Assembly (NCBI GenBank): GCA_965214705.1
Contig: CBDCCI010000002.1
Span: forward strand, 896,001 to 960,000
Source of the DNA: Alphaproteobacteria bacterium
Lineage (GTDB): Bacteria; Pseudomonadota; Alphaproteobacteria; UBA828
Direction: 5' to 3'
DNA length: 64,000 nt
The notes beneath the pieces are model-generated. The model searched no databases. It saw only the letters and a program-made list of their open reading frames with translations, and was not told the DNA's origin. Every line of letters begins with the position of its first letter. Within the stretch, counting starts at the first letter, position 1. Made by a program: the position numbers and the translations under genes. Below are positions 20,338-26,940 of this stretch, piece by piece.

Positions 20338-20775
20338 GCGTGGAACGCAGCAGGCGCAGACCGCCGCGTCCGTGCGGACCGCAGGCCATGGTGTCGAGGC
20401 GGGGCGCCGTTCCGATTCGTGGCGGCCTTCTGACTCGCAGGGGAACAACTTGTGGCATATGTCCTCATGTACAGGGACGTGTGAGCGTGCTGATTATCGG
20501 TGGTTCGTTCCCGAGTGTTTCACGTCTCCGCATAGCCACTCTGCCATCTGGCCTCGCCCATTCAGTCGACGGTCTCCTTGGCCAGACCTTCGCCCTCGCC
20601 TATCATCACTCTCATTTACGACTCGTGGGCAGCCCGCTTCGCCGGGTCGCCCGCCAAATACAGCGGCCCTAGACCCGGCACGGGGTAGCCCTTGGTGCTT
20701 GGCAAATTGGCGGGACCTCACGTGACCCACGTGTCGTAAGCACGGCCCGGCACCAGTGCCGGGTCGAAACAACGA

Positions 20776-21237
20776 ATGACGCGAGGTACGGCTATGAGGA
20801 CTCTCGTGTACGCCGCTGCGGTCGCGTCTCTGTTCGCGGGGAGCGCTGCCGCCGGGCCGTGCGACGAGGCCGAGCGCGGTACCTACCTGAGCAACGTCTG
20901 CTGGCTAGTCAATACTCACGCGAACAATAGAGTATTCGTTTACGAGAGAAGCATAATCGAGGCCAACGAAGAAAATTGCACGATCACGCTCGTGAGAAAC
21001 CAGGACGACGACAATCCGCTGAAGATCTACTTCAATCGAGCAAATCTGCGGGACATTGAGACGCGCATCGTTGATGGTAAGAACTGTCTCTATCTTTATG
21101 GAGAAGAGCTTGTAGAGGAAACGCGCGGATACGGCGAATACGTCGCATTCTGCGGTCGTAAATCAATGGAGCGCGTTGAAGCCGCCGCGGTCAACCTCTA
21201 CGCAAAGTACTGCACGGGAAGGGTGTCGGAGTTCTGA
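20776..21237 (+). CDS. Secreted Cys-containing hypothetical protein
   Basis: Signal peptide MRTLVYAAAVASLFAGSAAAG (probable start a few codons in), six Cys, lower GC. Confidence 0.65.
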   Translation: MTRGTAMRTLVYAAAVASLFAGSAAAGPCDEAERGTYLSNVCWLVNTHANNRVFVYERSIIEANEENCTITLVRNQDDDNPLKIYFNRANLRDIETRIVDGKNCLYLYGEELVEETRGYGEYVAFCGRKSMERVEAAAVNLYAKYCTGRVSEF

Positions 21238-21355
21238 ATGGACCCAGACATGATGATGGAGATGAAGCTCGTGCGAGAGCGAGACGAGGTAGCGGTTGCG
21301 AGCATTTCACCATCGTCTATGTTCTCTTCTACCTTTTCACAGAAAGGACGCAACA

Positions 21356-22153
21356 ATGACACAACCGGAGTTAGGACCAGCATGCCGCGCTGTATCCCAA
21401 CTGTGGGATGACGCTGTGCAGATGTTTCTGGATAGTGGTGAACGGCCGCCGCATCTTGATTCGTGGTTTCGGTCTTACCGGGGCGGCGGTAAAGGCGCTG
21501 TTGAACGAAACGCCATGCCTGAACCATTTCTGGGTTCGCTGGCGACCAAGCCGAGGGGTGTTATCCTCGCTCTAAATCCTGGAAAGGCCGATCTTTGCTT
21601 CCAGGGACGCACCGGCATCTTCGCTGACGAGATTCGGACCAACGGCGGCTCTTACACGAGGTGGGCAGCATCGTGGCCTTATTTCCGGGAGGCGTGGATC
21701 GAACGAAAGCGGCGGAACCAACATCATGAGAGGCGCCTCCAGTTCATTCGCAACTGGCTTGACGACCAAGAGTTGTCGCATAGCGCGATGGTCTCCTTCG
21801 AACTGTACCCTTGGCACAGCGATCGTTTCTCCGGCAGACTGGATTGCGAGGCCGCAGGCAAGTTCTTTGCGGGTCATATACGGGACGCCCTTGTGGAACT
21901 CGACGCACCCGTATTCGCCTTCGGCGCGCGATGGTTTCCGATCCTCAAACACGCGCGGTCCGGTCTTGAGGTTGACGAACGGCTGGATGGAGAACGGCCA
22001 TATTGCAGCTGTGTGGCAAGCCGCAGGGTTATGCTCCTACGAGGAGACGGCGGGCTAAATGTGATCGCGGTCAAGCAAATGGGGTATGCGGGTCCACCGA
22101 GCCGCGACGAGACCCTCCGGTTGCGCGATGTTGTGACCGACATCTGCTCCTGA
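21356..22153 (+). CDS. Brig1-like anti-phage DNA glycosylase (UDG superfamily), 265 aa
   Basis: LWD..., MPEPFLG, VILALNPG, GIFADEIR, RRLQFIRNW and FELYPWHS match my recollection of the Brig1 family. RBS AAAGGA precedes ATG 21356. Confidence 0.75.
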   Translation: MTQPELGPACRAVSQLWDDAVQMFLDSGERPPHLDSWFRSYRGGGKGAVERNAMPEPFLGSLATKPRGVILALNPGKADLCFQGRTGIFADEIRTNGGSYTRWAASWPYFREAWIERKRRNQHHERRLQFIRNWLDDQELSHSAMVSFELYPWHSDRFSGRLDCEAAGKFFAGHIRDALVELDAPVFAFGARWFPILKHARSGLEVDERLDGERPYCSCVASRRVMLLRGDGGLNVIAVKQMGYAGPPSRDETLRLRDVVTDICS

Positions 22154-22486
22154 TCCGGCCCGCCGCAGCTCTCATGCTGCTAACAACGAGGACCTCAAGA
22201 ATCCCCTGGCGGCACCCCCGGATCGCGAAATAGACTATAGCGCTCGTAGGCCGAATAGGGGTCTGGATTGAATGCTGACTGACAGTGTAGCGCTACACCG
22301 ACAAACAAAATGTGCGCAGCCTGTGGCGTTCGGAGATCTGCCGCTGGCGATGGTGCTTCACGTTCGAGAGACCGCTCTGGGTCGGAAGATCGCGAAGATC
22401 AGCTTGACTTCAAGCGCCCCGTTACGAAGACTTGCGAAGCTCAGTACTCGACTTCAGCCGCCCTTCCGGAATCAGAGAGGCCCCTC

Positions 22487-23341
22487 TTGGCAAAAGGTAA
22501 CAACGGAAACTACCTACAGCATTGCGTTGAAGTCGAATCGGCGGCGCTTCTTGCGCAGATAAGTCCCAACCGCATGCTCCATGTCGCGCTGACGCATGGC
22601 ATGGCACCGTTCGAGCAGATCGGCGAACCCAACGGCAATGCCTACTGTCTCCTTTACGGTACGTTGTGCGAGGCTGCTGGCGAATCCAAATGCAACGAAC
22701 GGAAGATTGTGAAGGCGTATAGGGTGTCATGAAAATGGCACGGATACCAGCCTGACATTGCGAATCTGTTCGATGACTTGAAGACGGAAAAGCACTACCC
22801 CAACTCCGCGGAGCTATTACGCACGATCATTGGAACAAACCGGTTATCCGGTAGTATAACGGACCGAGATAAGGCTAAGTGCAAGGAACTTGCAGCGGCT
22901 TGGGCCGATTCAGGAATTGTTGTCGCCCGATCGTTATGGCGCAAGCAACTGAATCCGGGCGGCGCGCTGAGCTGCCCGGACCATCTGGATGCGCCTTGGC
23001 TGTTTTCCATGGACCCGATGACCTATTCGGAAAACGGCGACAACGATGATGCGTATCTGCATCGCTCAGATTTAGACCTGCTGGCACCTGCGCTTGAACA
23101 ATACGTCTGCAGCGGCCAGCCCGGCATTGCATCTCTGTTCGTGTACGGTGTAGGTAGCCACGCGAACCGACAACGCCAATTCTGGGCATTCATGGACGAA
23201 CTGGCTAAGCGGCTGGGTTTGCAGACTCTTTCCTATAGGACTGCCCATCGCGGTGGAAATCTCAATTTGGCTGGCTTGTTGTGTTCAGATCACCAACTGG
23301 CTGTAGGCTTTGATCTTCCTGACCTTAAGGAAGGCCGATGA
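22487..23341 (+). pseudogene. RlmJ-like adenine methyltransferase with in-frame TGA at 22730-22732
   Basis: KGNNGNYLQH, LTHGMAPF, HYPNS and FSMDPMTY parallel RlmJ AGNHADVLKH, DTHAGAG, YPGS and IDPPY in the same order. Both ORF pieces are in one frame, 284 codons in total. Confidence 0.5.
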
Positions 23342-23392
23342 GGGCAGAATAATCGTGTCGGCACGCACGATGTTTTTCCAAGTATCGCGAAC

Positions 23393-24358
23393 ATGAGGAT
23401 GCAGTTGGCTATATATACGAACCTGAGCGCTGCGTGCAGGTGGAATCCATGGAGGGCGTTTTCCGAGCAGTTGAGGCGAGCAGCCCTTCTTCTTACCTTG
23501 CTGTTCCTCGTGCTCGAAGGCGCAGCGGCGGAAGAGGGTGCTGGAAGCGAACCTCCTTACGGCAGCGAGGAACTCGCACGACAGGCCGCAGATTGGGATG
23601 TGTTCAACAGCGGGATCCAGCAAGAGTTGCGTCTGCTAGTCGATAAAGGTCTTATTGACAAAGAAGCTTTCAACCCGGCCCCATCTACGTCGTCGAAATG
23701 GTGGGACGAACAGGGGACGAAAGGCAAAGCGTTACGAGCTCGCATCGTCCGTAAGCTTAGGGCTAATCCCTTAATGGAAGGCGCGTCGAACTTAAGCCTG
23801 TGGTTTATGGTGGGGCTCCTGGAACAAGGCGCCCGCGTTAGAGCAACGGTTAAAGACCTAAAGGTCAAGTCCCCAAATAACGCTCCCTTTGCGAGCGGTT
23901 TTGGTCCTGGAAGCGAGCGTGAGCGGTTTGGTCTGTGGACAGAGTGTAGGCCGCTATGGCCCGAACTGTTTTTGAATTCGAAAGATGACAATTTCGAGGT
24001 TTCGATCCGCGCCGCGGTGGAGAGCAGGCTACGTGGGGCGAGGCTCTATGGCGGCTTGACGAGGAGCAGTACGGGCGAGGACTTCGTCCCCAGCGGCGAA
24101 CCTCTGCAAGTTGTAGTGAACCTCGGCAGCGGCTTGTTTAGCGTTAGCGTGGGACTGCAAAAGCGCCTGTTTGATCCGATTACAGGGTTGCGGAGTTTTG
24201 CTTACGCGGATTATGGCGGCGGAGGCTATAGCAGTTTCGGTGCCGGTCCGCCGGAATTCGTGCATTCCGTACTCTCCGACCACTTGGATAGGTTTATCGC
24301 CGACTACCTGCGCGTCAACGCGGACGCGTGCGGCGGTCCGTCGGAGGTGGCGAAGTGA
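23393..24358 (+). CDS. Hypothetical exported protein (element cargo)
   Basis: Long open frame in lower-GC DNA with a hydrophobic segment ALLLTLLFLVLEGAAA. Start uncertain. Confidence 0.55.
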   Translation: MRMQLAIYTNLSAACRWNPWRAFSEQLRRAALLLTLLFLVLEGAAAEEGAGSEPPYGSEELARQAADWDVFNSGIQQELRLLVDKGLIDKEAFNPAPSTSSKWWDEQGTKGKALRARIVRKLRANPLMEGASNLSLWFMVGLLEQGARVRATVKDLKVKSPNNAPFASGFGPGSERERFGLWTECRPLWPELFLNSKDDNFEVSIRAAVESRLRGARLYGGLTRSSTGEDFVPSGEPLQVVVNLGSGLFSVSVGLQKRLFDPITGLRSFAYADYGGGGYSSFGAGPPEFVHSVLSDHLDRFIADYLRVNADACGGPSEVAK

Positions 24359-24543
24359 TTGTTTGGACGGAATGCTACAGACGGTAGCATAAAGGATGAT
24401 TACAGCACGAGATGTCACTCGTTTGTTCCCGCCACGGTCTTTCGCGCCACCGCATGCCAAGCGCCTTATCCATACTTTGCGAGAGCAGGCAGCTTAATGA
24501 CTCTCAGATCGTGGTGCGGGTCGGAGAACGTCGTTCCCGCAAC

Positions 24544-25689
24544 CTACAACCCCATGATGTTTGCGATGGCCCGGCCCACCCTCTCCGCGGCGTTCTCGAT
24601 ATCCCGGTCCCCGAGGTGAGCGTAGCGCAGCGTCATGCGTACGTTGGAGTGGCCGAGCAGCCGGGAGACTACCGGCACCGGCACGCCGTTCATCACCGCG
24701 TGGCTCGCCACGGTATGACGCAGGTCATGAAGGCGCACGTCCTCGATGCCGGCTTCACGCCGCACCCGGTACCAGAGAGCGAGATAGCGGCTGCGCGGCC
24801 GCGACGGGTCGCGCGGCGAGGGAAAGACGAAGGGGCTTGTCCCGCGCGGCTGACGCCCGAGAACCGCGCGGGCCTTGGTGTTGAGAGGAACCGTCCTCCG
24901 GCCCGTCTTGCTTTCCTGGAGGATCAGGCGGTGGTCGTCGACTTCCGACCAGCGGAGCTGCACGATCTCGCCCCTGCGGCACCCGGTCAGAAGCAGCAGG
25001 CGGACGATGTCGGCCTGCTGCCGCTGGTCGCTTCCCGTTTGTCGGTCAAGCGCGCGGTGCAGACGATCGACTTCCTTGCGCGACAGGAAGCGGGTGAGCA
25101 CCGGGCGCCGGTTTCTCTGTATGTCGCGGGCCGGGTTGGTGTCGATGTGGCCGCGGGCGGCGGCGAAGTTCAGGATCTGCCGCAGGAGGGCGAGACCGTG
25201 ATTGGCGTTGCCGGGGGCGGTGCGGCTGAAGTCGTCGAACCAGCGTCTGATCTCGGCCGGGGAGATGCGGTCGAGCCGCTTCGAGCCGAAGGCCGGCAGG
25301 ATGCGGACGTCGAGCAGGCACCGGAAGGCACTCCTGGACGAAGGCTTGTATCTGTCGAAGTTGGCCTCCTTCCACTCGCCGGCGACAAAGTCGCGCAACA
25401 GGGGAACGGCACGCTTGGGAGCGGCCCTGTCCTCCGGTTCCGGCGCGGCCTGGCGGGCGAGGCAAGCGCGGCGCGCCTCGGCGACGCTCATGGTCTCCAC
25501 CGGGCCGAGCGAGATGCGTCTCGATCCGTCTGCGCTTTGCCGCAAGAGGACCCAGCTCTTTCCTCCGGTAGCTCGGACCCGGACCCCGAGCCCGCGCACC
25601 GTGGTATCCCAGACGGTATATTCCCGCTCGCCGGGCTGCAGCCGAGACACGGCGGCGTCGGTGATGCGCACGCGTTTCGGTCCTGCCAT
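24544..25689 (-). CDS. Tyrosine integrase 2 (arm-binding N-terminal domain)
   Basis: ITDAAV...GLGVRV arm domain, TGCRRGE, KTG, HDLRH, LLGH...TLRY. Full catalytic set present. Confidence 0.95.
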   Translation of the reverse strand: MAGPKRVRITDAAVSRLQPGEREYTVWDTTVRGLGVRVRATGGKSWVLLRQSADGSRRISLGPVETMSVAEARRACLARQAAPEPEDRAAPKRAVPLLRDFVAGEWKEANFDRYKPSSRSAFRCLLDVRILPAFGSKRLDRISPAEIRRWFDDFSRTAPGNANHGLALLRQILNFAAARGHIDTNPARDIQRNRRPVLTRFLSRKEVDRLHRALDRQTGSDQRQQADIVRLLLLTGCRRGEIVQLRWSEVDDHRLILQESKTGRRTVPLNTKARAVLGRQPRGTSPFVFPSPRDPSRPRSRYLALWYRVRREAGIEDVRLHDLRHTVASHAVMNGVPVPVVSRLLGHSNVRMTLRYAHLGDRDIENAAERVGRAIANIMGL

Positions 25690-25692
25690 GGC

Positions 25693-26811
25693 TTACTCTC
25701 CTAACGCCTTTCCGACGATTTCTGCGGCATCGGCGACCATGCTGTCGGCGAGGTGCGTGTACTTGAGAGTGGTCTCGGGGCTCGCATGACCGAGCAGGCG
25801 TCCGATGGCGAGGACGGTGACGCCCTGCCTGAGTGCGATGCTGGCATGCGTGTGTCGAAGATCGTGAAGGCGCACGTCAGTCAATCCGGCCTCGGCACGG
25901 AGCCTGTGCCAGAAGTGGTCGAGCGCGCCCGGCTCGGGCGGTTGGGCTCGATGCGGGGCCGCGAACACCCAGGGACCCTTCCGCTCCAGGTCGTCGAGGA
26001 CGTCACGCGCGGGCTGCGACAGCCAGACGGTTCTGGGGCCGGACTTGCTATCGCGCAGGAAGAGGTGTCCCTCGCGGTAGTCGGACCATCGGAGGCCCAG
26101 CATCTCCCCTTTCCGGCATCCGGTCAGCAGCAGGAGGCGGATTGTTGCGACATGCCGCGGGAAGCGCTCCGCATGCGCGGACAGCTGCGCCGACAGGCGG
26201 CGAATCTCGTCGTCGGAGAGAAAACGCTCACGCCCCTTGCGGCGATAGCGCCGGATGCCCCGGCAGGGGTTGGAGCCCTCGGGCCTGAGCCCCGCCACCT
26301 CGGCCTCGCGCATGATGACCGACAGGACCGGCATCGACCTGTCGGCCGCGACCGGGGTGGCGCGGAGCGCGGCGAACCAGTCATGCACCTCGTGGCGGTC
26401 GATCTCGGCAACCGGGCGACCGGCGAAGTGAGGCAGAATCTGGTTCTTGAGATAGCGCCGGTTGACCGCCAGCGTGCGCCGCTTCCACAGTCGTTCGTAT
26501 TGCAGGAACACGGTCTCGGCGAAATCCTCGAAGAGCGTTTCCCCGGCCGCGGAATCCCCTTCACCCCGCCTGATGGCGGCGAGCATCCCGCGGGCGCGGG
26601 CGCGCGCCTCGTCAACGCCGGTCTCTGCGGCGTCACCGACGATCTTCCAGGCGCGCTCCCCGTCGTGCTGGCAATGGATGAAGAAGCGCTTGCGGCCCGA
26701 GGGCAGCACGCGGATGCCGAAGCCTTTGAGCTTGCCGTCCCGGACATCGCGGGCTGTCTTGCGGGGCCTGAGTGCCCGCACGCGGGCGTCGGTGAGGGTC
26801 GTTCCGGCCAT
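25693..26811 (-). CDS. Tyrosine integrase 1 (arm-binding N-terminal domain)
   Basis: LTDARV...GFGIRV arm domain, TGCRKGE, KSG, HDLRH, LLGH...TLKY. Its stop lies 3 nt before the integrase 2 start. Confidence 0.95.
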   Translation of the reverse strand: MAGTTLTDARVRALRPRKTARDVRDGKLKGFGIRVLPSGRKRFFIHCQHDGERAWKIVGDAAETGVDEARARARGMLAAIRRGEGDSAAGETLFEDFAETVFLQYERLWKRRTLAVNRRYLKNQILPHFAGRPVAEIDRHEVHDWFAALRATPVAADRSMPVLSVIMREAEVAGLRPEGSNPCRGIRRYRRKGRERFLSDDEIRRLSAQLSAHAERFPRHVATIRLLLLTGCRKGEMLGLRWSDYREGHLFLRDSKSGPRTVWLSQPARDVLDDLERKGPWVFAAPHRAQPPEPGALDHFWHRLRAEAGLTDVRLHDLRHTHASIALRQGVTVLAIGRLLGHASPETTLKYTHLADSMVADAAEIVGKALGE

Positions 26812-26929
26812 GGCGTCTCTCCCGGCTGCGGTTGCAGCCGGGGAACGTCGGGGTAGCCGATCCGTCCGGATGCAACAGATGTGGAGAGAAAAAGCGACCC
26901 TGTTTCAGTCCATTAGCACCGAAGGTGCG

Positions 26930-26940
26930 CACGCTGGTGT
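26930..26940 (+). repeat. attR core, 11-bp direct repeat CACGCTGGTGT
   Basis: Identical to 13015-13025 and followed by TC GAT TAT CCG (FDYP). Confidence 0.9.

Larger units (their letters stand above)
13026..26940. mobile_element. Integrative mobilizable element (13,915 bp) with twin tyrosine integrases, inserted in the PKS ACP domain
   Basis: Bounded by 11-bp direct repeats, with an integrase pair at the right end, a MOBF relaxase and RHH genes, and no T4SS or coupling protein. Excision restores N-T-L-V-F-D-Y-P in frame. Confidence 0.9.

Noticed and set aside
16822-20448. 1,208-aa minus-strand ORF and many other long antisense ORFs (e.g. 10665-12953, 52834-54771, 1561-3141)
   Set aside because: They shadow well-supported genes on the opposite strand. 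This is expected in high-GC DNA, and they show no recognisable motifs.
20340-20775. Short ORFs and hairpins after the relaxase
   Set aside because: No coherent protein motif or RBS. Possibly a decayed gene, but not supportable.
22730-22732. Selenocysteine or programmed read-through at the in-frame TGA
   Set aside because: No convincing SECIS-like hairpin follows, and the context is not a redox motif. A nonsense mutation or sequencing error is simpler.
20340-24543. Integron-like cassette array in the cargo region
   Set aside because: No repeated attC-like sites were found between the genes, and the integrases are arm-type rather than IntI-like.
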